Assembly (NCBI GenBank): GCA_029260875.1
Contig: JAJDCL010000009.1
Coordinates: 103-64,102, forward strand
Direction: 5' to 3'
DNA length: 64,000 bases
Source of the DNA: Candidatus Saccharimonadota bacterium
GTDB lineage: Bacteria; Patescibacteriota; Saccharimonadia; Saccharimonadales; OFTM59
The stretch's first letter is position 1. The number at the start of each line of letters is the position of its first letter. This document shows, one piece after another, positions 19,137 to 29,389 of this stretch. A program made the position numbers and the translations under genes. The notes under the pieces were generated by a model, which made no database searches, was not told where the DNA came from, and saw only the letters and a list, made by a program, of their open reading frames with translations.

Positions 19137-19967
19137 TTATATTTTGTCTGCTTGATGTATAACGCGCTGCGGAAACGGTATTTCAATGCTATTTTCGCTA
19201 AATGCTACTTTCAGTCTGGCACGAAACTCTCCTGCTACACCCCACTGTTTGCCAGGTTTGACTTTGCCAAGAGCCTTCACTATAACTGCAGAATCACCGA
19301 ACCCTTCAATGCGAAGAAATTCAAGCGGTTCTATGATCTGATCTTTCCATGCTGGATCGCTAGCCATTTTTTTGGATGTGTTGTTGATTACTTTTTTTAC
19401 TACTTCTATGTCGGAGTCGTAACTTATGCCGATGTCCATATTCACAGCTGACCACTCACATGTGCGATTTGTTATCACATTAACTGTTCCGTTTGGAATA
19501 ATGTGCATATTCCCATCAAGATCCCGTAGCTTTGTAATTCGTAGCGTAATCTTTTCTACAACTCCCGAAACATCACCCAGGGTGATAATATCACCGATAC
19601 GATATTGATTTTCTATAAGTATAAAAAGTCCTGCAACAAAATCTTTAATAGCATTTTGCGCTCCAAGCCCAACCACGACGCCAATTACGCCCGCGCCTGT
19701 TAATAGACCGGCTATGTTAACGTGAAAAATAGTCAACAGACCCACCAGGCCAATAACCCAAACCAGTATGGTAAGTGCTGTGCCAATAATACTAATGAGG
19801 GTTTCTGCGCGTTTTTGCTCCGCAAACATACTCTCAAATTTATGAGTCCGAATGGCGCGCCATACAACACTCGCTAAAAAGTGCTTAATAATAAATCTTG
19901 CAACAATAAGCGAAAAAGCCAAAAGCGCTATTTGACCTATTTCGTTTTGTATCTGCGGCAAGCTCAC
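19137..19967 (-). CDS. MscS family mechanosensitive channel
   Basis: GLGAQNAIKDFVAG, GVVEKITLRITKLRDLDG, IEIPFPQR. Confidence 0.93.
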   Translation of the reverse strand: MSLPQIQNEIGQIALLAFSLIVARFIIKHFLASVVWRAIRTHKFESMFAEQKRAETLISIIGTALTILVWVIGLVGLLTIFHVNIAGLLTGAGVIGVVVGLGAQNAIKDFVAGLFILIENQYRIGDIITLGDVSGVVEKITLRITKLRDLDGNMHIIPNGTVNVITNRTCEWSAVNMDIGISYDSDIEVVKKVINNTSKKMASDPAWKDQIIEPLEFLRIEGFGDSAVIVKALGKVKPGKQWGVAGEFRARLKVAFSENSIEIPFPQRVIHQADKI

Positions 19968-20010
19968 TATTTAACCTTAATGCTTTGTACGATGCTGCGC
20001 AAGCTGCCAA

Positions 20011-20550
20011 CTACCTAATATGTATTGCGATAAGCGCAAAACTAATCAGCACAAGCACAGAAGCAAGTGTGTTTGCTAGGGGGATAAGTACGTCGTCGCT
20101 GTTTATCTTGTGATTTAGTAGCGCCTTATTAATAGCAAAAATTGCCCCAACACTTATTAGCAATATTAAAATCAACGACACAGTAACCAAGAACACATAG
20201 GTCACTAAAACTGTTCTTGATATGTCGAAGCCTTGTCGGTATGCAATAAATAGACTCATTGTTGTGACCCCGAAAATACTTATCGGGACACTTATCACTA
20301 AAGATATAAGCAATTTTTTTAGGCGCTGCCGATACAATTGAGGATCACCTATGTGGCCGGCGATCAGCGTAACATAATCACCGGCCATGGCGTTCATGGC
20401 AGGCAGTGCAATAATAAGCGGGGTGAAAGATAGCAGCTGGCTTCGTACCGCCTGGAGACCAAGCCCACCAAAAAGCGCGATAGAAGCTAGCCCTGATGAA
20501 AGTAAAACCGATGCCCAAAACCCCTTGTGAGGGAGCGCAGTACGTATCAT
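20011..20550 (-). CDS. MgtE-type integral membrane domain protein
   Basis: LPAMNAMAGDY, INSDDVLIPLANT; about 5 TM. Confidence 0.65.
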   Translation of the reverse strand: MIRTALPHKGFWASVLLSSGLASIALFGGLGLQAVRSQLLSFTPLIIALPAMNAMAGDYVTLIAGHIGDPQLYRQRLKKLLISLVISVPISIFGVTTMSLFIAYRQGFDISRTVLVTYVFLVTVSLILILLISVGAIFAINKALLNHKINSDDVLIPLANTLASVLVLISFALIAIHIR

Positions 20551-21209
20551 GTTAGTACCCTGGACACTACGCCAATCATAAGTAGAACCAGCACGTTAAA
20601 AACCGTGTTTTCAAACGGAGGGATCACGTCGTCTGGGTTCGTGCGTAACCTTCTAGCAATTAGCGTAACAACCATAACAAGAGGCAGCCCCAATAAACCG
20701 GTTAATGCTCCTGCGAACATGGAAAGCCGTAGCGTTTGCATGAAATCTGCACCAAAAATTAGCGCCCCCATTATACCTGCCAGACAGCCCACGAAACCAC
20801 ACGCTATGGTTGTGATTAATATAGACCTACTCACTGCTCTGAAAATAAACCAGACATGGCTATGTTCTTCCGAATCAATGTCGTGGTGCACACTTGCAGC
20901 AAGAACTGCTGAGTTAGACGCCATGAGGTCTACAAGACTAGGGTATAGGATTAGCGTGCTACCAACCAGTAATAATGATTCTCTGTTCTGTTCTACTAAA
21001 ACACTCACAGTGGCCACAACAACAATAGTAAATAACTGACCCCAAATAATTTGTTTTGTGCTGACGTCATGCTGGCGGCGTTTTTGCTCAACGATTGTCC
21101 TCCAATGCCCACTTAACTGTTCGAGCAAACTCAACGGTACTTGATTGACGTCTGTGTAGATCGGCACAGTTTTTGCTTGGTTGTTTTGTGGCAAAGATTC
21201 GGGATCCAT
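20547..21209 (-). CDS. MgtE-type integral membrane domain protein (second copy)
   Basis: YPSLVDLMASN, TNPDDVIPPFENT; about 5 TM. Confidence 0.65.
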   Translation of the reverse strand: MDPESLPQNNQAKTVPIYTDVNQVPLSLLEQLSGHWRTIVEQKRRQHDVSTKQIIWGQLFTIVVVATVSVLVEQNRESLLLVGSTLILYPSLVDLMASNSAVLAASVHHDIDSEEHSHVWFIFRAVSRSILITTIACGFVGCLAGIMGALIFGADFMQTLRLSMFAGALTGLLGLPLVMVVTLIARRLRTNPDDVIPPFENTVFNVLVLLMIGVVSRVLT

Positions 21210-21221
21210 CAATAGCTCACT

Positions 21222-22154
21222 TTAATTATCTGGTGTTTCTATTTCAACTTGTACGCGGTGAACGTTCGGAATGTCTTGGTGGACGGCAGCCTTCACAGCG
21301 TCAGTTATCACCTCAATCTCATCTGTAGTGAGCTCATCTTCCAAATGTACTTCCAGTATAACTAGTAATTTTGAAGAACCGACATACATCGTTCGCAGAT
21401 CAAGCACGGCATTGACACCCTTTACACCGAGCGCGCTATTTGTTATGGCGCTGGCAACGGAATCCGAAACAGCACGGCCGACAATCAAGCCCTTAACGTC
21501 ACGGATCAGAAATAGCGACCCAGCCATCATCGCCACCCCGATCACTACCCCGCCGATACCGTCAAACCGCAGATTACCAGTGAAGGTATAGGCGCTTAAG
21601 GCAACGAGCCCGAGAATTGCGGTTGATGTGCCTAGCGCATCAATAAGAAACGTAGCTTTTGTCTCTACCATACCGGAACGCATAAACCGCTTCCACCAAT
21701 GTTCAGTACCAAGTGTTTGATTCATGCGCTTAATGCTCCGCGAAAAGGAGTAGGCGTTTGTGATAAACCCAAACGTTAACATGACCAATGCTAGCCATGT
21801 ATTTTCAATAATCGTCGGAGCAATTAACTGACGATAGCCAAGCACAACCGATAACATGCCGGTGCCTAAGAACATAAAAATGCCTGCAAGCAGTACCCAA
21901 AAAAATATCTCACGTCCGTAGCCGAAAGGGTGTGTCTTATCGCCGGTACGAGCTGATTTATTTACGCCGACAAGCAATATGACCGCCGTCAAACCATCCG
22001 ACAACCCTTGGAGCGATTGTGTCAACATAACGACACTACCAGTCAGCACTGCCACTATAAAATTGAGGGTAACATCCGACAAACTAACAAGTAGCGAGGT
22101 AATTACTACCTTTTTATCGCTCAGATGTTCGCGTTTTATATGCGATTCATTCAT
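21222..22154 (-). CDS. Cation diffusion facilitator (CDF) transporter
   Basis: HPFGYGRE, DLRTMYVG, C-terminal dimerisation domain. Confidence 0.92.
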   Translation of the reverse strand: MNESHIKREHLSDKKVVITSLLVSLSDVTLNFIVAVLTGSVVMLTQSLQGLSDGLTAVILLVGVNKSARTGDKTHPFGYGREIFFWVLLAGIFMFLGTGMLSVVLGYRQLIAPTIIENTWLALVMLTFGFITNAYSFSRSIKRMNQTLGTEHWWKRFMRSGMVETKATFLIDALGTSTAILGLVALSAYTFTGNLRFDGIGGVVIGVAMMAGSLFLIRDVKGLIVGRAVSDSVASAITNSALGVKGVNAVLDLRTMYVGSSKLLVILEVHLEDELTTDEIEVITDAVKAAVHQDIPNVHRVQVEIETPDN

Positions 22155-22246
22155 ATTAAGTGATTTTGATTTATTCTGTTCAATTTACTGTTACGGTTAT
22201 TATAACGTATAATCTTAAGCAATAAGAGAGTGGAGGCCTAACGCTT

Positions 22247-22951
22247 ATGGAAGAAAATAATACAGACTACGTACCCAAGGTTAAAGAATCTAGCAATAAA
22301 ACCAATGGACGCGGCAAATCCGTTCTAAGTATTTTGCTGGCTTTGTTTTTTTTGGCAATTATTGGGCTGAGTTTCTTATATATAAATTCGAGACAAAAAA
22401 TCAGCGAACGCAGTAGCGAAATAACATCACTCAAAGCGCGTATTTTGACACTTGAAGCATTGGTCTCTGCAGATGGTACGGACGCCCTAGGAGAATCAGC
22501 TAATTGCGCGGGAGGTTCTGCATATACGGCGGATATCGGCAAGTTTTCGATTGAGCTTGACACCCCTCGGGTTATTATTAGGGATTTGGACGCAGGCTTT
22601 GAAGGTGGTCCGATAACCAGCCTGGAAATTGGAACATGTTTAGCTGATGTGGCAAATGTTGTGGACACGCCACCAACTGCGGAGGTAAAAATACTTGGCC
22701 ATCCGGCAAGTTCATCCTCGGATTTGCGATCAGCATATGAATCGCGTGCAGGCATGGCATTAGCAGCAGACGGAACGATAACCATCGCCGGAGTTACAGC
22801 CAACAAATACACGCTTGACGGACTTTTTCAAACAACGGTTATCTACTTTGACAACGCCGGAATTGGCTACGAAATTGAACTTTCGGACACAAACGACACA
22901 ACCAACGCGATTCTTGCCGACGTAACGAGCGACTGGACATTCACCCCTTAA
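22247..22951 (+). CDS. Single-TM protein with a coiled coil and an acidic extracellular domain
   Basis: TM at about residues 26-46; RBS GGAGG. Confidence 0.8.
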   Translation: MEENNTDYVPKVKESSNKTNGRGKSVLSILLALFFLAIIGLSFLYINSRQKISERSSEITSLKARILTLEALVSADGTDALGESANCAGGSAYTADIGKFSIELDTPRVIIRDLDAGFEGGPITSLEIGTCLADVANVVDTPPTAEVKILGHPASSSSDLRSAYESRAGMALAADGTITIAGVTANKYTLDGLFQTTVIYFDNAGIGYEIELSDTNDTTNAILADVTSDWTFTP

Positions 22952-22953
22952 TT

Positions 22954-23406
22954 TCAGGCAGCTTGATTAAAAAAACTCTTTGCTGTATTGGCTACAAATT
23001 CACTGGCATTTTTGATGTCGTTGCCAGGTCGTAGCGGCAAAGGCTTCTTTTGAACCGAACTACGAAGTACTGTGAGCCCGTCTTCCTGCCGTTCTGACCA
23101 AAAACGAAGCTTTGCGTTGCTGCTTAAATTATGCAAGCCAATTCCAATGAGCATGTTGCCATGCAATGTCGGCTGGCAAACAACCCTACTCTCAAATCCC
23201 TGAGCCCATGAGGGCATGTGTGAATAAATCGCAACTGCGCTAGGGTCATTCGTGTGTCTTTGGGGCAATTTCCCCCCTTCTTCGTAACTAGCGACAGCTA
23301 ATCTGCCCAGTGTATGTTCTGTACTATCAGGGTCGCAATTTGGCACAAACTCGCGACTGAGCGCCATAAAAAAATATGGATTCACCAGTAACTCGCCACT
23401 TTTCAT
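22954..23406 (-). CDS. Hypothetical protein (start uncertain, 23406 or 23367)
   Basis: Open frame with no motif. Confidence 0.55.
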   Translation of the reverse strand: MKSGELLVNPYFFMALSREFVPNCDPDSTEHTLGRLAVASYEEGGKLPQRHTNDPSAVAIYSHMPSWAQGFESRVVCQPTLHGNMLIGIGLHNLSSNAKLRFWSERQEDGLTVLRSSVQKKPLPLRPGNDIKNASEFVANTAKSFFNQAA

Positions 23407-23733
23407 CTCCAATATAATAACATAAAATCGCAAACAAGCAAAACCTATAATTTAAAATATGAAATACTCAATAGGTAACGCGCCGCTCCGTTACCCTTGA
23501 TATGCTGAAATTAACGGATGTAAAGCAAAACGAGCTTTCCTTAAAAACATTAAATACTGCCATATAGTAGAAACTTTGTTCAAAACACAAAAATGGTAAA
23601 GCTTTGAGCGCAGGCCTTGGCGTTGACCGTGCTGGGGTAGATCATTTCGTCTTGCGGTTGCGCCTCATCCTCAAACTAGGCGTAACGGTCCAAAATATTG
23701 GCTAAGCGTATGGGTCCGCTACCTCTTCTTGTT

Positions 23734-24456
23734 TTACATTGACATCTCGGTATCTATAAGCCGATAAACTAAGAACGTTGCTAATCCGGATCCGCTTTTA
23801 CGAGACTCCACCAATTTAAGCGTTGTGTTATTCTCCTTAGCCAATCCCTCAATAAGTTCCAGCGAGCTAAAATCTGCCCATGCAAGGTAAGCTGTGCCCT
23901 TCGGATTAAGGTGTTTCTTGTATGTAGCGAAAAACCTCTTGATTGTAGCGTTATCCTCGTCCCAGAAACAAATCTCCGTTTTGTCGGCTGGCTTCTTGGC
24001 TGTATATGGAGGATTAATGGCTATTATGTCAAAGGTCATATTATCAACAGGCTCAAACAAGGACCCCACTCTTGCGTCTACTTGGCCTAGCCCTAGCTTT
24101 TTGGCATTGAACTTTGCATTCTTAACTGCCTCTGGATTTAGGTCTACGGCTACAACCTTATTTGCTCCTGACAGTGCCATCTTAACCGCTACTATCCCGG
24201 TACCAGTACACAAGTCCAGAACTGTTTTATTTGTCGGATCTCCAATTGCACTGCACATAAGTTCGCTATCAATGCCGCCAGGGTATACTTTTGGCAATAC
24301 GGTTATATTAACGCCTGCTAGGCGCTTCTCAAAGGGTTCCGTGCGAGCTTTCATCTCCGCTATTTCTTTAGCTTGAGTGTCTAAATGATGTTGCGCTAAC
24401 TCTTCTTCATTGAAAGACATGAGTCTACTTTCTTCGTGCTGCATCTGGCTGAGCAT
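23734..24456 (-). CDS. Class I SAM methyltransferase, HemK/RsmC-like (start may be 24420)
   Basis: VLDLCTGTG, INPPY. Confidence 0.9.
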   Translation of the reverse strand: MLSQMQHEESRLMSFNEEELAQHHLDTQAKEIAEMKARTEPFEKRLAGVNITVLPKVYPGGIDSELMCSAIGDPTNKTVLDLCTGTGIVAVKMALSGANKVVAVDLNPEAVKNAKFNAKKLGLGQVDARVGSLFEPVDNMTFDIIAINPPYTAKKPADKTEICFWDEDNATIKRFFATYKKHLNPKGTAYLAWADFSSLELIEGLAKENNTTLKLVESRKSGSGLATFLVYRLIDTEMSM

Positions 24457-24492
24457 GACGGTCTAGAACCCAATAAGGGAGATTGACGGTGT

Positions 24493-25176
24493 CTATTTGC
24501 TATACCATTTCTTGCGTGCTTCAAGATACTTTTGACGCATTTCTTTGGACTTATGGCTGTCATTCGACAGTTTATAGATCAGATCTTGGGTAGACAGTAC
24601 ATAATTATCGTTCTGATCGACGTAGTGTGGCTTATTCCATCTTTGAAAGCCCAATAAGAATAGTACCTCAGCAAGTGAGTTTAGGATTTCTCGGATCTTT
24701 CCGTCCCCAGGTGCTTGTGAACTGTTTCGTTTACTTAGTTTCACAAAATGTGCAAGATTATGCCTTAAATCATGCATCATCTCTAGATTACCCGCCTCAT
24801 TTTTTAGAAGAGTCTCGAAGTTTTGGATAGCTGACTTTTTTCTTGTCATTCGCGTACCATCGTATAAGTACCGTGCAAGACTGCCATGTTCATATTTTCT
24901 AGGTATTATTTTCAGTTTTGATTCATCCCAATACCCTCCAATGAATCCATCGAGCTCAATATAAAAAGCCTGAGTCATTGATTCTAAGCTAGTACCCAAG
25001 AAGGCACCGTAGTCTCCCCATTCATACAGGACACTTTGATAGTACTTAGCTGTTTCTGCATCTACTGCTTTATTCGTGTGTAGGCGCAATTCAGACATTA
25101 CTGAATAGAGCCGCATTAGTTTTAGGTACCTTAGCGTCAGTTCATGGTATCGTTTTGTCTTTGCAATGGTGGGCAT
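24493..25176 (-). CDS. Helical protein with a HEPN-like Rx4H motif (AbiU2-like candidate)
   Basis: DLRHNLAHF; island context. Confidence 0.55.
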   Translation of the reverse strand: MPTIAKTKRYHELTLRYLKLMRLYSVMSELRLHTNKAVDAETAKYYQSVLYEWGDYGAFLGTSLESMTQAFYIELDGFIGGYWDESKLKIIPRKYEHGSLARYLYDGTRMTRKKSAIQNFETLLKNEAGNLEMMHDLRHNLAHFVKLSKRNSSQAPGDGKIREILNSLAEVLFLLGFQRWNKPHYVDQNDNYVLSTQDLIYKLSNDSHKSKEMRQKYLEARKKWYSK

Positions 25177-25224
25177 ATCTGCATTGATTGTAACAGTTCT
25201 AGATGAGACAAATGAGACACATAA

Positions 25225-25461
25225 AAAATATGCGACAAGCTTATCACCGATCTTACAGAATTAGAACCGGGGTTGCGGAGCGCAATTGAAAAGTTCACCC
25301 TAATGATGAAAGCTACCCATAAAGGTTATGGTAAAAAGAACCTAATAGCTGGTTATGTCAAATACGTACTCCAAGAAGGCTCGGAGTTTGAGAAAACTCG
25401 GTTGATAAGGAACCTTAATATAAAACTAGCACTTCAAAATAAAAAACTCATTAGTCTATGA
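25225..25461 (+). pseudogene. Gene remnant resembling the C-terminus of a large serine recombinase
   Basis: No credible start; YVKYVLQEGSEFEKTRLIRNLNIKLALQNKKL resembles CPR recombinase tails from memory; located near the tRNA 3' end. Confidence 0.45.
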
Positions 25462-27210
25462 GTTGTGTACACTTGCAGCATTGACTCTGCGCTCTTCCAG
25501 GTATGGACTGAGCCAATCCGTGAATATGCTTGGTTGAAGCAAACTAAGCCCAAAACGATCACAAGATAGGAGATGACACTCTTTCCTAGTTCTTGTAAGG
25601 GCTACGATTAATTGACAAACTTCTTCGTTTTTTGGCTCATGATTATTGCGCGGAAAGTGGCCGTTGTTTAGACCAACGACAAACACGTAATCTGCTTGTA
25701 AGCCCTTCGATCCAAGTAAAGAGGTAACTAGTATAGAAGGTTTGGAGGTGTCAGGGGCTTCTGTTTCTAATTGCTCCATCGCATCATCTAGTAGAGTTTC
25801 CATATCAAGGGACTCGATGTCATCAAGAGCTCCAAACTCTTCTCTTAAGTGGTTGATATTCAGCTCAGTAGCATCCTCCACTTTGCTAATCTCATCTACG
25901 CTCATTTCAGCTCCCTCCGACAATTTACGTAGGGCTTCTACTATTTCTCGTTGCGTTATGGCGTAATTCTCATCAACGAGGCCACTTAACTCAGTGCCAT
26001 CATTTATTGCTGTCTCAACCCAGCTCTGCCAACCATTTGGTTTATGGCAGTAAATTAAGATTCTCCATCCCAGCCGTGAAGTTTCATTCCTCATAAGTAG
26101 TCGATAACCATCAAGCGGCTCTATAGACTGTTCTTCGCTTACCTTTCTAGATAAGTTAACAAAACCTTCTTCAAGCAAGAATTCATAGATAGGCTTTGTA
26201 AATTGCTTTGGTCCTATAATCAGAACTGTGGGATATCCTTTCTCAAATGACTTTTCTGCGTCTTCTGACGGAATTTCCCTTATGCGTTTGGCAATGTACT
26301 TAGACATGATTGGAGACCGTGTGTTCTGCACAGTACAATGAGCATGAATAATTCTTGGGTATTGGTCGCTCTCACTTCTTTTATCCGGTACGTAGCATAG
26401 GTAAGGTTTAGATACTCTCCCAGCCAACAAACCCCCAGCCGTGGCTTTTTCTACAATGTGGTTTGTCGCCTCAACTATTACTGCAGTGCACCTGGAGCAA
26501 TATGGTAACTCTAGCTTCTTATAAAAAGGATTGTTACATAGTCCACGGATGTAGTTTGCGGATGCATGTTTAAAACCATAAAGCGCTTGGTCATCATCAC
26601 CGACTACAAGGGTTGGAGACTGCTTGGCAACTTCATTGATTAACTCGACCTCAAGTTTGCTAAAATCCTGATATTCATCAACAACGACCTGTTCAAACTT
26701 TGGTACAGATTCTGGCTCTTCCTGCATGTGCAGAAGAACACGATAAACGCCATCCGTATACCCAACTGCATCATAGTAATTCCCGCTACGCACAACCCCA
26801 TCAATAATAGTTCCTGTGGAGTCCAAGTTCATAAGTGCTTTCTCGATATCTTTTGAAGTCGCTGGCTGTGTAGAAATTTTCAGATCTTCTTCGAAAATAT
26901 GATTCATGGCTGGGTAGAAGTGCAAGCGATGACTTAGTCCCGGTATAGCATCGGAATAAAGGATGCTTTTGCAGAAGCCATGGAAGCTGCGGACTGTAGC
27001 CATCTCGCCAATACTTTCTTCGAGATCTTTAACTAAAACAGTTAAAAAAGTAATTGCAAGCGCAGGGCCTTCGATGCGACTCAGGAGCTCCTTATATGTA
27101 TGGGTTTTGCCTGTTCCAGGACCCGCAACAACTACCTTATGCGTTGCAGGGTCATCAAGAATTGCGTTTAAGGCATCGGTGCGGGCTTGCTTGATTTCAT
27201 CGTCTGACAT
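25456..27210 (-). CDS. UvrD-like SF1 helicase (accessory)
   Basis: AGPGTGKT, VDEYQD, VGDDDQALYGF, SKGLQAD, VALTRTR. Confidence 0.9.
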   Translation of the reverse strand: MSDDEIKQARTDALNAILDDPATHKVVVAGPGTGKTHTYKELLSRIEGPALAITFLTVLVKDLEESIGEMATVRSFHGFCKSILYSDAIPGLSHRLHFYPAMNHIFEEDLKISTQPATSKDIEKALMNLDSTGTIIDGVVRSGNYYDAVGYTDGVYRVLLHMQEEPESVPKFEQVVVDEYQDFSKLEVELINEVAKQSPTLVVGDDDQALYGFKHASANYIRGLCNNPFYKKLELPYCSRCTAVIVEATNHIVEKATAGGLLAGRVSKPYLCYVPDKRSESDQYPRIIHAHCTVQNTRSPIMSKYIAKRIREIPSEDAEKSFEKGYPTVLIIGPKQFTKPIYEFLLEEGFVNLSRKVSEEQSIEPLDGYRLLMRNETSRLGWRILIYCHKPNGWQSWVETAINDGTELSGLVDENYAITQREIVEALRKLSEGAEMSVDEISKVEDATELNINHLREEFGALDDIESLDMETLLDDAMEQLETEAPDTSKPSILVTSLLGSKGLQADYVFVVGLNNGHFPRNNHEPKNEEVCQLIVALTRTRKECHLLSCDRFGLSLLQPSIFTDWLSPYLEERRVNAASVHNS

Positions 27211-27261
27211 TTCATTGCTTCAATCTTGACTAAGCACTACGGTCACCTTTGGTGATCATCG

Positions 27262-27336
27262 TGGCTGGGGCGGTAGGATTCGAACCTACGAATGCCAGTA
27301 CCAAAAACTGGTGCCTTACCACTTGGCCACGCCCCA
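27262..27336 (-). tRNA. tRNA-Gln(TTG)
   Basis: Cloverleaf TGGGGCGTGGCCAAGTGGTAAGGCA-CCAGT-TTTTGGT-ACTGG...GGTTCGAATCC...GCCA. Confidence 0.97.
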
Positions 27337-27522
27337 TCGTTACAGCGAATTGTGCTGCTACCGTATTGCCGATAAAACAAGTTTGCTCGGCAATATTAGT
27401 AACTTCACAAAACCTGCTCCTCTCAAACTTGTGAATCGTCCTACAAGTTTAGAACAGACCGAGAACAGATGAATTTTACCTTACAGAGAACATTAGAGCA
27501 ACGTGAGTTATACTGAAACCAT

Positions 27523-28398
27523 ATGCGTGTTATAGAACCACGACAGTTTTCAGACATGAAAACCAAAAAGAAATCACCCCTCGCTAGAACATTAGCTATA
27601 ATCGCGGTGTGTAGCTCCCTCGGAATTGGATACATAGCTTATACCAACCTTGTGAGCAACAAATTTCAGCATAAAACAGAGATTCAGAGCCAGTCCAACG
27701 ACAAGAGCAAGGAGGAGACGGAAACTCTGCAGGGACAGTTAAAAATTCTTACTGGCGAAGAATTCAAAAATTTATACAGCTCCTTTGCCTACCCTAATAC
27801 CCAGATGCTGCATGAAAAGCCAAAAATTACCGGCAACAATGAGGCGGATGAGCGTATACGAGAAATCGCTGAAGCACGGGGATACAAGTTAAGTAGCGTC
27901 CCAGTTGCAAATATTGCTAAGACCGGCGAACCTGCTCTATCTGACGATGACTTAATCCAGCCGAACGCTCTAATTGCTTGGCGAGAACTGAAAGCAGCGG
28001 CAGAAGGGGATGGCGTTATGCTGCAGATGACATCTGCTTATCGCTCGGTCGAAGCACAGCGAGCACTATTTGTACGAAGAATGAAGTCAGAGGGAGTATA
28101 CCCAGAGAGCGTTGCAGCTGGTTTTGTGGATGATTTAGTAGTAAATCTTTTAACACGAGTGGCCCCGCCGGGGTATTCAAGGCACCACACCGGTTATACC
28201 ATTGATCTTGCCTGTGACGGTATTGGGCTTGACGCTTTTAAAACGACGAGTTGCTATAGTTGGCTGAGCAAAAATAATTACGAAAATACTAAGAAGTATG
28301 GCTGGGTGCCTAGCTATCCAGACGGGGTAAGCTTACAAGGCCCAGAACCGGAGCCGTGGGAATTTATTTGGGTTAGTACCTACTCTCTTTATGAATGA
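27523..28398 (+). CDS. M15B/VanY-like D-Ala-D-Ala carboxypeptidase, membrane anchored
   Basis: SAYRS, APPGYSRHHTGYTID, EPWE. Confidence 0.88.
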   Translation: MRVIEPRQFSDMKTKKKSPLARTLAIIAVCSSLGIGYIAYTNLVSNKFQHKTEIQSQSNDKSKEETETLQGQLKILTGEEFKNLYSSFAYPNTQMLHEKPKITGNNEADERIREIAEARGYKLSSVPVANIAKTGEPALSDDDLIQPNALIAWRELKAAAEGDGVMLQMTSAYRSVEAQRALFVRRMKSEGVYPESVAAGFVDDLVVNLLTRVAPPGYSRHHTGYTIDLACDGIGLDAFKTTSCYSWLSKNNYENTKKYGWVPSYPDGVSLQGPEPEPWEFIWVSTYSLYE

Positions 28399-28443
28399 GC
28401 TTGTGCTTGCGGTTGACTGAGTATATGACGTAGAGTTATTGCA

Positions 28444-29376
28444 ATGGCGCAAACTAACACAAAAAAATCTACTGATTATATAGTGCCGCTGTACATGAAC
28501 GGCTTACGAGGCCGAATGCTCAAAATGCCGATGCCCAAGAATAAAAAGCGCGAAATACTTTTGATTTACGGGCATCATGCAACTATTGAGCGTCTGTATG
28601 GACTTGCGGAGTTGCTTAATGACTACGGTGCAGTAACAATGCCGGACCTACCGGGCTTTGGTGGTATGGACAGCTTTTACAAAATTGGTGAGCGACCCAC
28701 CCTGGACGATTTAGCCGATTATCTTGCAGCATTTGTTAAGCTCCGTTATCGCGGTCGCAGATTTACTCTAGCTGCTTTATCTTTTGGGTTTTTGGTGGCT
28801 ACGCGTATGCTCCAAAAACATCCAGACATTGCAAAGAAGGTAGATCTACTTGTTAGCTTCGTTGGTTTTACGCGTTATGATGAATTTACATTTTCAAGGC
28901 CACGGTATTGGTTTTATAGGTCACTGGCTACGGTCTTTTCGCGCAAACTACCATCCATTTTCTTCCATAATATTGTTTTGCACCCAGTCATCATCCGGAC
29001 ATTTTATAGGAGGACGCATAACGCAAAACACAAATTCAATAATTTAGATCAAGAAGAAAGAAAGCGCATAACTGATTTTGAAGTACACTTATGGCGCTGT
29101 AACGATGCTCGCACGCACATGTACACCTCTTTGGTTATGCTGACTGCTGACAACTGTGGAGTTAAGGTTGACGTGCCGGTGGTTCATTTGTCGGTCAAGA
29201 CGGATAATTACTTTGACAATAATATTGTTGAGCAGCACATGCAGGTGGTGTTTAGCTCCTACAAGCCGATTGCCGTAAATATTCACGGCCATAACATAAG
29301 TGTCGTGGCTACAAAACAACAATCCGAGCCACTGGTTCCGGCTAAGCTACGAGCCATTCTTCGTAAGCATCCATGA
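28444..29376 (+). CDS. Alpha/beta hydrolase
   Basis: PDLPGFG, nucleophile elbow ALSFG. Confidence 0.85.
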   Translation: MAQTNTKKSTDYIVPLYMNGLRGRMLKMPMPKNKKREILLIYGHHATIERLYGLAELLNDYGAVTMPDLPGFGGMDSFYKIGERPTLDDLADYLAAFVKLRYRGRRFTLAALSFGFLVATRMLQKHPDIAKKVDLLVSFVGFTRYDEFTFSRPRYWFYRSLATVFSRKLPSIFFHNIVLHPVIIRTFYRRTHNAKHKFNNLDQEERKRITDFEVHLWRCNDARTHMYTSLVMLTADNCGVKVDVPVVHLSVKTDNYFDNNIVEQHMQVVFSSYKPIAVNIHGHNISVVATKQQSEPLVPAKLRAILRKHP

Positions 29377-29389
29377 TAAGATATATGGG

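Noticed and set aside
19011..19451. 146-aa plus-strand ORF
   Set aside because: Shadow of mscS and microprotein B
23460..23730. Possible ncRNA or gene remnant
   Set aside because: No recognisable family, convincing fold or intact frame by eye
25456..27210. Gabija system
   Set aside because: No GajA ATPase/TOPRIM partner nearby
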